From Octopus vulgaris (lineage: Eukaryota): DNA of 64,000 nt. Of the stretch, positions 1 through 14,606 are shown one piece after another; the stretch's first letter is position 1, and each line of letters starts with the position of its first letter. Both the position numbers and the translations under genes were made by a program. The DNA lies in NCBI GenBank assembly GCA_951406725.2, contig OX597815.1, positions 140,554,001 through 140,618,000 on the forward strand, given 5' to 3'. The notes under the pieces are model-generated. The model was not told the DNA's origin and ran no database searches. It saw nothing but the letters and a program-made list of their open reading frames with translations.

Positions 1-711
1 TTGTGGCAAATAAAATAAAAACATTATTATTGTTATTATCATTATTATTAATAATAATCATAATAATAATAATAATCATCATCATCATCATCATCGTCAT
101 CATCTTCGTCATTATCATTATCATCATTATATGATGCTGGGCCTTTTGTCTGAGAAACTCTCTTCATAGACTTGAGTTAAAAATACAAGTATCGGAACGA
201 GGCGACCACCATCGCAGTAGTGACTTACAGGAGCTGTCTCACTCACTCACTCTCTCTGTATCTTTCTATATAATTATATATCTATATATCTATCCGGCTG
301 TCCCTGTGCCTCTTTCTCTAGTATTTCTTCCTTATTGCAGTCCACATAGTTAGAAGTGCACAATAATTTAGTAAAAGATTGCTAGCCTTGTCCATCCCAG
401 TGTCACATTAGCGATGTAGTGCAAATGACTAAAAGAATAAAGAGTAGCACTATGTCTACAAGCGACAACTTAAGGACATAAAATACTAGTAAAGCGCGAT
501 ACATACGACCATGTCATGCTTAGTTTGGATTGATGGACATTATATGCAAGTGTTTCTGTGTGTGTGTGTGTGTGCAAATATAAACACACATAGACACGCA
601 CATATATATTTATTGACGTACATAATACAGACAAAGATACACAGATGCATAGATACATAATATATATATATGTATATATATATATACATACACACACATA
701 TATGTGTACGT

Positions 712-744
<33 letters not shown>

Positions 745-824
745 CATAATTATAATAATAAGGGTTAAATTAATTAAATTAATTATCTTTCGCCCTATAT
801 CTGTAAAGAAATATATATATACAA

Positions 825-856
<32 letters not shown>

Positions 857-1310
857 GTGTGTATAAAATAAAGCTTACTCGGAAATGGATGCGTGACGTT
901 CAATCGTATAATGATATAAATAATATATATATATATATGCATATATACATACATATATATGCATATATATATACATACATATATGTACATACTTAGTTAT
1001 ATATGCATATATGGCTACAGGACGTCATAGAACATAAACAACATGAAATACGAAATACGAAGACATGGAATACGAACTTTTTTTTTACCTTAAACGAAAA
1101 AACAAATGGGAAACAGTTGTCGGTTGTTTTTCTACTCCATATTTCGAGGAATTCACGACAAGATACGCATTGGGGCTAAATAAGAGCAGCATTCTTCCCT
1201 TTCCTGGGACTGCCACATTAAGTTGGCAATGAAACATCACTTTATCGTGCTGTTACTGCATAATTGTCTCTGAGAGATTTAGAAATATAATATTTCTTTT
1301 TTTATATATA

Positions 1311-1578
1311 TTCTTTTATTCTTTCATTTGTTTGAGTCGTTTGACTGCGGCCATGCTGGAACACCATCTTTTAGTCGAAGAAATTGACTCTAGGACTTAT
1401 TCTTTTTTAGCCTGGTACTTACATATACGAGGGCTTCTTTCAGTGTCGGTCTCCCAAATCCCTTCACAAAGCTTTGTTCGGCCAGAGGCTATTGTAAAAG
1501 ACACTTACCCAAGGTGCAACGCAGTGGGATTGAACCCAGAAACATGTGGTTTGGAAGTAAGCTTCTTACTACATAGCA
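1311..1578 (-). mobile_element. tRNA-derived SINE family A, internally deleted copy
   Basis: Reverse complement matches both the head (…aaccacatgtttctgggttcaatcccactgcgttgcaccttggg) and the tail (ggtgttccagcatggccgcagtcaaacgactcaaacaa) of the copies at 1603, 36377, 39461 and 54224. Confidence 0.85.
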
Positions 1579-1602
1579 GTTTGCAATGTTTCCCCATATA
1601 TG

Positions 1603-2020
1603 TGCGCAGGAGTGACTGTGGTGTTAGAAGCTTGCTTCCCAACCACATGGCTCCGGGTTCAGTCGCACTGCGTGACACGTTGGGTTAATGTTTTCTACTA
1701 TAGCCTCGAACCAAACAAAGCCCCGTGAGTGGATTTCGTAGACGGAAACTGAAAGAAGCCCGTCGTATATATATATATATATGTATATATATATAAACAC
1801 ACACACATATATATATATATGGGGGCGTGTCCCCCATCACCACCTGACAACCGGTGTGGGTGTGTTTACCTTCCCGTAACTTGGCAGTTCGGCAAAGCAG
1901 AGTGATAGAATGATTACCAGGTTTAAAAGATAAGTACTGGGGTCGATTGATTCAACAAAAAAAATCAAGGCGGTGCTCCAGCATGGCCGCAGTCTAATCA
2001 CTGAAACAGGTATATGAAAA
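1603..2020 (+). mobile_element. tRNA-derived SINE family A with internal (TA)n/(CA)n
   Basis: Head gcgcaggagtgactgtggtgttagaagcttgcttcccaaccacatggctccgggttcagtc has A/B-box-like motifs. Conserved body ggaaactgaaagaagcccgtcgtatat and tail ggcggtgctccagcatggccgcagtctaatcactgaaaca recur several times in the window. Confidence 0.9.
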
Positions 2021-2062
2021 GATAACAGATAATATAAGTATATGTGTGTTTGTGTTTATATA

Positions 2063-2119
<57 letters not shown>

Positions 2120-2424
2120 GTTGAAGCATATAAAGGAATAAAAGAATAAAGGAATATATAAATGTACACAAACATACAGCAGATATATCATAACCACATT
2201 CTTATGCACTACTCATTAAATAGGGTAGGAGAAGCATGTACAAACGAAATAAAAAAAAGAGTGATGAGGAGAGGAAAAGAGAGGAAAGAGACTTAGATAG
2301 AGAAAGGGAGAGAGAGAGGGAGAAAGAGAGAGAGAGGAAATGCTTTTGAAAGCAGGAAGAAGCAGAGCTACGCAGAAATAAGAATCTAGAATGAAAGTCA
2401 TCAACCTCATTCTTCCTTCTCAAT

Positions 2425-2630
<206 letters not shown>

Positions 2631-2656
2631 TAGCAGTTATAATAATAATCCTTTGT

Positions 2657-3672
2657 AAGGCAGCGAGCTCGTGGAACAGTTAAGCACACCGTTACGTTCT
2701 GAGTTCAAATTCCGCCGAGGTCGACTTTGCCTTTCATCCTTTCGGGGTCGATAAATGAAGAACCAGTTACGCACTGGATCGATGTAATCGACTTAATCCG
2801 TTTGTCTGTCCTTGTTTGCCCCCTCTACGTTTAGCCCCTTGTGGGCAATAAAGAAATATAAATCGTTAGTACGCCGGTCGAAATGCTCAGCAGTATTTCG
2901 TGTGCCTTTACGTTCAGAGTTCTCTTTCGGCCGAGGTCGACTTTGTCTTTCATCCTTTCAGGGTCGATAAATTAAGTACCAGTTGTGTACTGAGATCAAT
3001 CTTATCGACTGGCTCGCACCCCAAAATTTCGGACCTTGTGCCTAGAATAGAAAAGATTAATATTCCTTCCTACTGTGGGCACAAGCCCTGCAATTTTGGG
3101 GGATGAGGTTCGTCGATTATATTCCACTTCGGCGCTGAACCGGCACTTATTTTATCAACCGTGGAAGGGGAAAATCAACGTTGTCGGAATTTGAACTTAT
3201 AACGTAAAACCGTTGAACCCGGTGAACCAGAACAACGAAAACAACAACAATAATAAAAATAATGATACCTGGACTTTGTGGGGAGTGGGATGAGTCTATC
3301 ACATTGATCCCAGTGCTCAACTGGTACTTATTTTATCGACTCTGAAATAATGAAAGGTTAAGTCGACCTCGGTGTAATTTGAACTCAAAACTGAGCGATG
3401 GGTGAATTACCGCTAAGCATTTCACCCAGCGTGCTAACGATTCTGCCAGCTCGCCGTCCCGATAATAATAATCCTTTCTACTATAGGCACAAGGCCTGAA
3501 ATTTGGGAGAGGGGGCTAGTCGATTACATTGACTCCAGTGTTTCACTTGTAGTTAGTTTATCGACCCCGAAAGGATGAACGGCAAAGTCGACCTCGGCGG
3601 AATTTGAACTCAGATCGTGAAGACAAAATGCTGCTAAGCATTACGCCTGGCGTGCTAAGGATTCGGCCACGA
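2657..3672. mobile_element. Cluster of five tRNA-derived SINE family B copies: two + (2657-2858, 2860-3062) and three - (~3062-3215, ~3265-3460, ~3465-3672)
   Basis: Repeated motif gttctgagttcaaattccgccgaggtcgactttgcctttcatcctttcggggtcgataaa and its reverse complement, with tail ggccttgtgcct…tagaaaggattatt. Confidence 0.9.
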
Positions 3673-4452
3673 CGAAGAAAAAGAAGAAAGTAGTAGTGTT
3701 AATAAAAAGAAAAGAAGGAAAAGAAATAGAAGTAGTAGTAGGAAGAGGAGGAGGAGGAGGAGGAGAAGAAGAGGAAAAAAAAGAAGAAAAAGAAGAAAAA
3801 TAAAAAATAAAAGAAGAAGATGAAGACAAAAAGAAGAGGAAGAAGAAAAAGAAGATAGAGAAGATGAAGAACAATAACAAGAAAATTATGAAGAAGGCTT
3901 AGAAAGATAGAAGACCACGAAATAATGAAGTCTAGATAATTTCTACGTTCAGTATGTATTGACGGAGATTGAGAATGGAATTTCCTGTTTACTATTGTTT
4001 TAAGCCAAATTTTAATAAAGTAAGAAATACAAAAGAAACTTATCTCTATTCCTCTGCCTCTGTTACAGTCGGTTTCAACTATATGTGTATAGGAAATATT
4101 ACACAATAGCTCTGCCAGAAATGAGTAAAACAGTCAACTCGTTAGTTACGAATCTAACAAACAGATACATACTTAACATATCCTACTTATCCATTTCTGT
4201 GTGTCTCTCTATCTCACAATATTTGACACAAGCATGTAGTAGTGAAACCCTCACTCACGCATGCACACGCCCCCACACACATACAAACACACATATACAC
4301 ACACACGCACACACACACATACACAGAAACACGCAAATACGTACACGGACTTTCCACATCGCAAACACTAATATACATTCATCTATCCATCCATAAACGC
4401 ACACGCATATAAGTGTATACAAACACACACACGCACGCACGCACACAAATGC

Positions 4453-4505
<53 letters not shown>

Positions 4506-4660
4506 ACCATATGTGTATGTGTGAATTTACATATTTTAAAGGTATGTGAAGTGTATTCAAATATATACGCGTTTAGTTCTGTTGTAGACTAAGAAATTAG
4601 TATCTGTTTCTGCAATCTGCTCCTGCAATCTTATTTTCCAGGTTATTAACTTCGTGCTTA

Positions 4661-4719
<59 letters not shown>

Positions 4720-5358
4720 ATATGCATATCAACACCAACATGTGAGCATTTGGTTTTTTGTTCAGAATAACTATCATCTTGTGTCGTAACTTAACCAATA
4801 ACGATCAGAAACCTAAGTGAGAATATACTTTGAGAAACTAGATGATAACCTTGTATAGATCAAACTTAATACAAACAGTATGGTACAATTATTCTACAGA
4901 GTCTAGTCATAGTTCGTTAAGTATGAGTGGTGGACAGTTGTAAACTTGATAGTCTTGTGAATGGAATTTCTGTATTAGAATATTCTTATGTTCTCTTCCA
5001 TTTCTTGTGAATTCTTGGTAGGGAAGATAAAGGAGAAGGGGAAGGAGAAGAAGAGGAAGAAGAAGAAAAGGAAGAAGAAGAAGAATGTGGGAGTGCCATG
5101 ACAGTAGTATGTAAAATGGTCATATGTATATATATACATACATATATATATATAAGTTGAGGTTATAAGAGATAATGGTGTCATTGAGATCCAAAGGTGT
5201 CAGGTAATGCTGAATAAGTGCTATAGACAGACCATTGTTAAGTTCCAGATTCGGAAATATTGCGAATAAAGGGTTCAACGTTGGTTCCATTCGCAACATA
5301 CACACGCTGATATAGAATATACAGCCTTGGTGTTTTATCTTATTACGCAAAAAATTGT

Positions 5359-5409
<51 letters not shown>

Positions 5410-5887
5410 ATGCATCACCCTCACCAAAAGCATCTGCATGCACGCATACACATGATATGGTCTTTCATCTATGAGTATACAGGTTTTCCATCAGCGTAAT
5501 TACTTGCTCCAGAACCAATGTGAAAGTCGCAGAATAGTACGCGCATATGGATACCATTAACCTAATTCTCACGTAGTACCGTTGGGACACAATGTGTGAC
5601 ATCGCTGCACTTGTTGCTTTTACTGATGCAATCAACCAAACAGGATTCTGCGCAGTTTCCGTGTATACAGTTTCATTCATAAGGTACAAGAGGAACGACG
5701 GCTTAAGGAAGTATACCTACATGTGCACGAACATACACACGCGTTTTAAGCCACGCCCATGTGCACGTGTGTGCATCTGTGTGTGTGTGTGCGTGCATGT
5801 ATAAATGTTTACGTGGGTGCATATGTGTGCACAAGCTTTTCACCAATGTGAAACGGCAAAATATTTGAAGTAAAAAGCACACTTAAT

Positions 5888-5888
5888 T

Positions 5889-5980
<92 letters not shown>

Positions 5981-5989
5981 ACTACTACA

Positions 5990-6058
<69 letters not shown>

Positions 6059-6080
6059 GCAACTGCTGCTGCTGCTGATG
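5888..6080. repeat. (CTA)n/(CTG)n microsatellite
   Basis: Directly visible; source of the poly-S ORF. Confidence 0.97.
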
Positions 6081-6129
6081 ATAATAATCCCTTCTTGCAT
6101 TTCTGTGATTGTTATGCTACAAACTATGG

Positions 6130-7475
6130 CTTTAAGTCAAACATAAATTTCCGTCTAGTTTTTCAAAAACTAGCGTTGAATTTTTGGGATACAGAAGTCA
6201 AGTTTTCTGGAGACAGAATAGTGACAGAGTTATTTTGCAAGCCCACGTCTTCCCACATTTATCTCCACCGCCGCTCCTATCATCCACATCATCTTATTCG
6301 CTCAAATCCGAAATCCCAATTTTTGAGGATAAAACGGATTTGTACCGACATAGGAGATTACTGGAAATATGCAAATGCATTTGTATATCATTATGTCAAA
6401 CGCGGTTACAGTGAATCACGATTAAAGGAAATACCACTATTAAAGGTAATAGCAAATAAAATAGCTAAGATTAGCAAAGATAGTCAAACCTTCACGCATA
6501 ATTTTAGCAAACTCAATACAGTATTTGACAGAATTCCCTTAGTAATTAGCTGGCATCTAAATTTCGCTGGCATTGCAAAACTGTTGCAAGAAAGTTACCA
6601 GGATGTGGCGAAAAAATATCCTCGTTTCAAACAGATATTTCTTCTGCCACCAATTTGTAGCATTTAGACAGAATAAGAATATAAGAGAATTATTGACCTC
6701 TATTTCCGACTCCAAGAAAACGAACATTGGAATACCTGCCCGTTGTACTTTAAAGAATAGCCGCAAGAGAGGTAAGCCCTGTTCATTATGCAACAACATG
6801 AATGAAGTGAATTCCATCAGAAATCATAACAGAAATGTCATGATTTCTATAGAAGGTGGAACATATAAAGATTCCCACTTGCTGAATCCCTGCAGAATGC
6901 ACGAAGCACAACTTAATGGGCACAGATTCGACGTCAGGCAAAATAACATTAGCTTGACAGAACTTGCTGAACATTTCGTTTCAAGCAGCTGCAATTTTGA
7001 AGAAGACTTGAAAGTGCATATTCTCAGAAAATATTCTGATTCTGCTTCAATTTCACTGCTCAGAATATATGAGGAGAAATATCTTTGAGGGTTATTAACA
7101 TCACGCCCTGGAGGAACAAATAAGATGACAAGAAAATATCATCAAATTTATAGAAAACTGTCTGATTAAATATTCTTCTTTCTCTCTTTTTCTTTCCCTG
7201 TTCTGTCGTCTTCTTTTTTCTGTTTCTTTCTGTGTTTTTCTTTTCGTCTGTTATAAAATTGTAACTTAAAAACTGATGATGCCATTCCCTCAACGTGGCT
7301 CAATTTTCATACTTTACGTTTAAATTTCTATAATTTTGAATTTTTATCACTTATTTTGAACTTGAGAAAGACGGACATACTGTTGAAATATCGTTTACCC
7401 AATAAAATATCTTAAAATCGAATCGCGCTTTTCGTCTTGACTACTTACCTTTGTGAAGAGTTACGTCAATCCTTT
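6130..7475 (+). mobile_element. 5'-truncated Penelope-like element: RT C-terminus/thumb, GIY-YIG remnant and 3' tail
   Basis: Translations LNFWDTEV…TELFCKPTSSHIYLHRRSYHPHHLIRSNPKSQFLRIKRICT…RGYS and C-x2-C (CSLCNNM)…LNGHRFDVR…LAEHF…LKVHIL are typical PLE motifs. Frameshifted (ORFs 6095-6667 and 6573-7088). Hammerhead-like motif and AATAAA in the tail. Confidence 0.88.
7358..7396 (+). ncRNA. Minimal type I hammerhead ribozyme-like motif, U3-A8 core variant
   Basis: GAAC-TTGAGAA-A-GACGG acata CTGTT-GAAA-TA-TC-GTTT: helix I GAAC/GTTT, helix II GACGG/CTGTT, palindromic ATAT helix III, AUC site. Lies in the PLE tail. Confidence 0.6.
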
Positions 7476-7480
7476 TAAAA

Positions 7481-7882
<402 letters not shown>

Positions 7883-10800
7883 AGCACCCGCTGTTTCGTA
7901 AAAGATTTTCCTTGAAATAATACTAATGTTCCGTGTTTCAGACACTGTTTTCACTTTCAGTTTGTTGGAAATGTAACGAAAAGCTGTAACCGACAAATCC
8001 GTTATTTAACAAATGCAATAAAAAATTAAATTATTATAGATCATACTTACTGGTACATTCTGCATAAATGAATAGCAATGACCATGTAAAGTCTACCACT
8101 GGACGCATTCAAATTTTCTGGAATATCCAGAATTTACCCTCACTTGATGCCTGACACTTGTTTTCGCAGGAAGTTATTAATTAGAGTTTAACACTTTATA
8201 GCTACAAACAAAAGGCATTGTAAACTGACATTTTAGTTTTGGCATGGAAAACAATCAGATAAACAATACCAATATATCCTGTTGATAACTATCACACTTG
8301 TTGCAACATTAAATTACTGTATTAGTTGGCATTCTGGTCGCTGCTCAGATTACTCCAAATTGTGTATTCTAGAAAATATATTAAAGTATGCATGTCACTA
8401 GAACGTTCACTTAAATGAAAAGTAGAAGCATACTCTTACGCTTAATTATATATTTAAAAACTACATATCTTGTATAGTTTGTACAAAGCAGGTGGTACTG
8501 TGACATAGCCTGAGAGCGAACTTAATATTTACAAAGCTGTTTTAAGCAGTTATTTACTGATGCGTTTATATGTATATTTAAGTACAGTGTATAAATCGGA
8601 GTCTCTTCAACTAATGGCAATGGAACTTATCTACGTAATCTACTTGTTTCTTAGTCTTTGAAGAAATAACCAAATATCCCTCAAGCAGCACGCGACTGAT
8701 CTGAAAAGAATAGGAAATTGAATGATGTAGTCTGAGATAAACAATATCTGAAATGAAAATTGGGATGCTGTGAGCTAGAATGTCATAGTTCTGCTCCCTC
8801 CTTGTAACCTTGGGGTAAGTAATAAAGAGCAGAAAATATAGCTTTAGCCATGATTAATCCTGAACAGGTTCTAATCCACATGCAATGACTGTGAGATGAC
8901 TATCCGTATATACAGGACACCTGTCTAGCTATTACCTATAGCTAGGTTAAATAAGAAATATATCCGGTGACATAATATACAACAAAATTCTTATCTTCAG
9001 ATAAACATTATTAGCAAGAAGGAACTCATAACCAATATTTAGTTAATCCAATGTATATGACGTCAATTCATCTCAGATTAATGTAAACAGGAACTTATCT
9101 TCAAGACTAGCCTTTCTGTTCTGAGTTAAGAAATACTTCACTTCTGAACCCCCAAATATTTATAAAGTAAGCATCATAATACATCATCAACTTCTGAGAG
9201 GTTATTGCTGTAGCTACACACAGTAGCATTTCAATTCGTATGTAAAATAAAGACACACGAGTGATTGGCTCAGTCACCAATCACCTCATCGCTTATTCTT
9301 CCGTAACGGTCTTTGCGATTTAGAACCTGTTATTATATTACCTACGCCCCAAACTACCTGACCTATAACCCAATCCCTATTCTAATTACATTTTCTCCGA
9401 GAACATCATACGATCTTCCTGCTGATATTGACTCCGGATGGGACTATTCATTTGAAATCTAATGAATTAATGCAAATCACAAGATGAGATGATGTAATCA
9501 GATTCTATGCAGCTCCCTGCAGTTTTCTGAATTGATAATAGGCAATTTAGAAAGTAAAGTGCAGCATTGTTTTCAAGTTTCTATGGTTGAGCTTAATATT
9601 GTACATGTGTGGGCAGTTACTCTTGTTGCTTTTTAATCCCAGGTCAACTTAAGGAAACGAAGATTAAACGTATTTCCCGTATGACTATCCAGTGTTGCTT
9701 TCAAAGTGTTTTGGATATCAATATCTATTTTCTTCCTGTTCTTGCATGAGAATGTAGAACGTGATTCGAGAGAGAGTTTTCTGCTATTTCTAGTTGTATG
9801 AACGATGGAATAGAGGCTTTCTCGTTGGTTTCTGTATAGTAAAACTTTTTGATTGACATCTGGAGAAACTCTCTCGGGATTAAACCTTTTGAAATAAAAT
9901 TTTACATTTGGTGATATTATTTCTATATTTCTCTTAAATAAGGAAGTTGGAGTTCATATTTCACAATATTTTGCTAACCTTGTTTTACTCCTACTCAACA
10001 AGCGCATTACAAACTTCAAGGTCATTTATTAGTATACACATGGAAAACTTCCATATTTTTTCATTCTTTCCAGTCATGTAGTGCCAACGAATTTTAGTAC
10101 TTGGAAGTACTTGACAATATACCGTGTGAATGTTAATATTTATTTGAGCTAAATGTATAAGATTTCCTGTAATATTCAGAATGCCACTGTACTTCAGATG
10201 TGTATAGCATGGGAATGGTGGCTTACAACATATTTAAATGTGATATACTCTTACGATAATGCAGAACGATCAAGATAATACTGTCAGCATGCATATCTGA
10301 GTTATTCTGAAATAGCAGTAGCATAACATTAAAACGGAAACACTTGTGGTCTAAATAGTTATCTCTATCAGCTGTTTCTTTCTAATCTGTCATTAACAAT
10401 TCAACTTATTTTCATTGCATACACATTGATAGAGAACTAAATGATTGTCTAATTAGTAACTACGAAGATAAAAAAAAAACAGTGGTATCATGCATACACA
10501 CAGATAATAACAGAAGAATATTCATTTCCTTTATAAGAAATAATAGATATTTGTTCCTCAAATTTTATTCTAGCATACTAAGAAATGAAAGACTATTTTG
10601 CAGTACACGATATATGAAAAAAAAGCCGATTACTGATGTAAGAGTAAACAAATAGTATATAATATTATACAGTACAATAGTGAAATAAATAACCATTGTG
10701 TATACATATAACATATATAATTAATTCGTTTGAATGATGAAACAATATACAATATGATATATATTATACGTAAATCAATAATATATAAAATATATAATAA

Positions 10801-10999
10801 TTACAACAATAGATAATGTAACACATAATACTAACATAATACTTACCAAAAAGAAACTGTACAAGTGTTTAAAATATATAATGATTACTTGTAATGATTT
10901 GGTTAGCGTATTAGAAGACATTCATTATATACTGTACACTAAATAAGATCTATAAAATATGTTATACTAAGTAGAACAGTAATAAAACAGTTATCTTAC

Positions 11000-11195
11000 T
11001 TCGTTTACCTTTTACTTGTTTGAAGGATCTGATCGTAGCCATGCTGGTGCTCTGATTTGAAGACTTTTAGTAGAACGAATCGACCCCAGTACTTATTGCT
11101 TCTTTTCATACCTGGTACTTATTCTATCGGTCTCTTTTGCCGAGCCGCCAAGTTATGTAAAGACACCAACACTGGTTATTAAGCGGTGGCAGGAT
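11000..11195 (-). mobile_element. SINE family A 3' half
   Basis: gccatgctggtgc…cgaccccagtactta…ggtacttattctatcggtctcttttgccgagccgccaagtta matches the family A tail in reverse. Confidence 0.8.
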
Positions 11196-11619
11196 GGGTG
11201 TGTTGGCATAATGGGAGACACTAAGTATATGCACAACAAAAAAAAATTATAATAATATATAGTAATCGATGTGAAAACATATGTAATGTTTATGACAATG
11301 GGTGCCATAACAAATAGAAATAGAATTGGTGCGTAAGTGTAAACGTACGGAGTAACGGGTTCACGGAATTAAAGCATTAAAAATCTATAAAAAAAAAGAC
11401 AAATAAGTAAAAACATAAATAACCAAAAATCAGACATTTAACAGTTGAAAGTATACAAATGTTAAACGGTCTGCCAAGTAATGTGCATGATTTGATAGAA
11501 TGTACCACACTTTCGCTAATCCTTTACATGCTTATGTAATTCCTAGTCACGAGCAGCTTCTCCCCCATCTTTACCCCGCGGAACATCGAAGATGCGGAAG
11601 CCGAATGGAGAAATGGCTG

Positions 11620-11750
11620 CATCACCATTAGGCTGGTACAAATTTCCCACTCAGCTGACTAAGGCAATGTTGGACAAAATGCGCCGCTCCAGGAATCGAA
11701 GTTACAACATAATTATTGTTAGTCTGACACCCTAACCACTAGGCTACACA
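11620..11750 (-). mobile_element. Old tRNA-derived SINE fragment (different family)
   Basis: Reverse strand reads gtgtagcctagtggttagggtgtcagac…ttcgattcctgg (Pol III A and B boxes) followed by cattgccttagtcagctgagtggg…gtaccagc. No complete cloverleaf. Confidence 0.55.
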
Positions 11751-12404
11751 TCTATTCTAAATATTAAAATGAATGACATGGATCTTTTTCTCAAACGAAA
11801 GGGTAATGTATTTTGCTGATGCTTATTTATAGAAATACTTGCGATAAAAACACATAAGTGCATATACTAACTCATCATACACAAACATGGGAACATTCAA
11901 ACATTAGACAGAATAATATAAGTGAGCGCCTTACATTGAGTATACGTGAATATACTCGTTCTAAGAGGCTATCACGTAAATCCTCACTATTATAAAGACA
12001 TAAACGAAAAAAAAACTTATTTATAAATTTCTGACGTGAAGAGTTTTTAAATAAAACCTTTAGAAATTGAAGTACGTGTCAATTCGTGTGCATTAAAAGT
12101 AATTATAGAAACGTCTTGATAACAGCAGACACAGCTATAAAGCAATGACAGGAAATGTAATATGGACATTAAAAGTGATGACTTAAATTTTTGCGATGAT
12201 TTAGTCATTGCAATAAAATTAGAACAACAAGTTAATTAAATAGTTAAATATTAGGTAACTGAAAGTTAATATTCAAATACATCATGACTACGAAAACCAA
12301 GCACTAAACATAAATTCATAAAAATATTTTGATTAATGTAATATTAATTTGATTAATTATTTTCTGATGATAATTAGAAAAAGACATTCAAATATTCAAG
12401 TCTC

Positions 12405-12541
12405 ATGTGTGTGTGTGTGTGTGTGTGTGTGCATATATATATATGTACGTATATATGTATGTGTGTGTATTTATGCATGCGTGTGTATGTATGTATGTAT
12501 GTATGTATGTATGTATGTATGTATGTATGTATGTATGTATG

Positions 12542-12605
<64 letters not shown>

Positions 12606-12700
12606 CATATGTATTTGGGTATATATGTATATGAGTGTGTATGTATGTTTTTTCGGTGCGGGTGCTGGTGAGTACGTGCATGTGTGTGCGTGTGTAAATT
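12405..12700. repeat. (TG)n/(TATG)n/(TA)n microsatellite
   Basis: Directly visible. Confidence 0.97.
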
Positions 12701-14606
12701 TGTGAAAGCCAAAATATACATTATCTCATATATATCAGACATAACTGAATGTTTTTCGCACAAAAATGACTTAATTTGGTTTTACATTTCAGAAATAGCA
12801 TTTTGTTTCTTCGATCAAAACAAGCAGAAGTTTCACTGGAAAAACTCAAAATAAACGCATATATGAAGTTTAACCCTATTAAATGCCCCAAACTAATCGT
12901 AAGAAGAAATAGAAATACACTTTAATATCTTTCTCAACGGTATGACAATTTTCTCAATGTCCGATGGCGAATGTTATAGATAACTAGGAATGAATGAAAA
13001 AAATATCATATGAAAGCATTTATAACAAAGAACGCTTAATTAGATTGTATAACCAGGATAAAAAAATATTGATGCCAGAAAGTTCCACATACAATAATTC
13101 AATAGTTCACAATATTTTTCCCTAACTATATTCACATTATCATTTTGGCTACTTTATTAGATGTCCAGGAATGATATCCAGGCTGGTAATGTGAACAGTC
13201 GATAACTATTAACAACGACCAGAAATGTCCACATCAACAGTTGTGTAGACTGCCTCTAAGTAAAACAAAAACACGGTTTTTACACGATCAAATGTCATAT
13301 CTGTTTTCTTCCAAAGCATCTACTAACCACCAAAGTAAAAGTGCAATCATGGATCAAGTCTGTTTATACGAAAAGACGTACATTGTCTTTGTCATACAAA
13401 CACTCCGAGCTCACCACACACCTCAGGTAATTCACAATTCGTTCGCACCAGAAATTCGGATGAAAAAGCTTTCTCAGTTGGACATGCTTGAATCCGTTGC
13501 TTCAGCGTATCAGTGACAGATCTCCAAAACAGCTGATACATGGTATATTATCTCTCACATTGAAGACTATGATTTTATAATCCACAAACAGGTAGTAATC
13601 AAAATTATGTGATGCACAAACTGATAATGATACAGGTAAGTAATCGAGATATGTCAACTGATACAGACTGTGAATGGACTCCGGCGTCTCAACTACCTCC
13701 AAAAGTTTCATAGTAATACTATTACATATGCGATACAATATAATTGTATGAACAATAGATTTAGTAGAAAGGATAAAATCATATGAAACTACTGTGATGT
13801 AAAAAGAATGTCATGGCCATCACTTAGAATCGAAGATGACTTAGTAGCTTGTAATATGCTTTTGTTATTTCCAATAGGTTCCTATCTGATCCAGAACTGT
13901 TATAATCACCCTTGTAATGATTCCTTCTTTGAGGCAGCAAAACATCAGAATGTAACAAATGGAAGGCGAAAGGATAGCACGGGAAGTACACATTTCTGCT
14001 GAGTAGACAAGAACAATATGAAATATCTAATTTGTTCAAAACCACATGTTACAGGAATCAAAGGTGCGATCTTATGAACCGTACTCTCTAACTGGTAGCT
14101 CACTCATATATAATTATGCAGAACACTGGTGATATGATTCTATCAAGACTTAAAAGAACTGAGATAATGATCTGAGACAGGAAAAGGAAAGCGTACGCTG
14201 TAACACCAAACAGATGTTAACATTGCGCTAAAGATGAGCGCAAAGAAAACATCTGTGTCATACTAATGAGAACTCTGTATATACTCCACTTGCACTATAA
14301 ATCAAAAGTCATAACAATGATTATTGGGGCATTGGGGTACTTATCTAAATTCCTCAGCATCAGACTTGAGAATATGGGCATTATAAGACAGGAGAGGACA
14401 CGTTTATTTCTGAATCGTGAAGAGATATAAAATATTGCAATACATACATACATACATACATACATACATACATACAAACATACATACATACATACATACA
14501 TACATACATACATACATACATACAAACATACATGCATATATACACGCATACATACATATATACATACATACATACATACATACATACATACATACATACA
14601 TACATA

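Noticed and set aside
1332-1688. 118-aa ORF and similar ORFs at 36349-36673, 39457-39877 and 54101-54620
   Set aside because: They lie within SINE family A copies; similarity among them reflects the repeat, not coding function.
2657-3672. Regularly recurring motifs superficially like a CRISPR array
   Set aside because: Units are ~200-bp diverged SINEs in mixed orientation, the DNA is eukaryotic and there are no cas genes.
5205-5275. gCTGAATAA…GGAAATATTGC, hammerhead-like remnant before AATAAA
   Set aside because: Core and helix II are too degenerate to support.
7272-7305. CTGATGA followed by a GCCA/TGGC stem in the Penelope tail
   Set aside because: No GAAA, helix III or NUH in register.
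11685-11750. tRNA-like A/B boxes
   Set aside because: No acceptor or anticodon stems; interpreted as a SINE head, not a tRNA gene.
12362-12392. CTGATGA-TAATTA-GAAA
   Set aside because: Helix II is too short and helices I and III are absent; expected by chance in AT-rich DNA.
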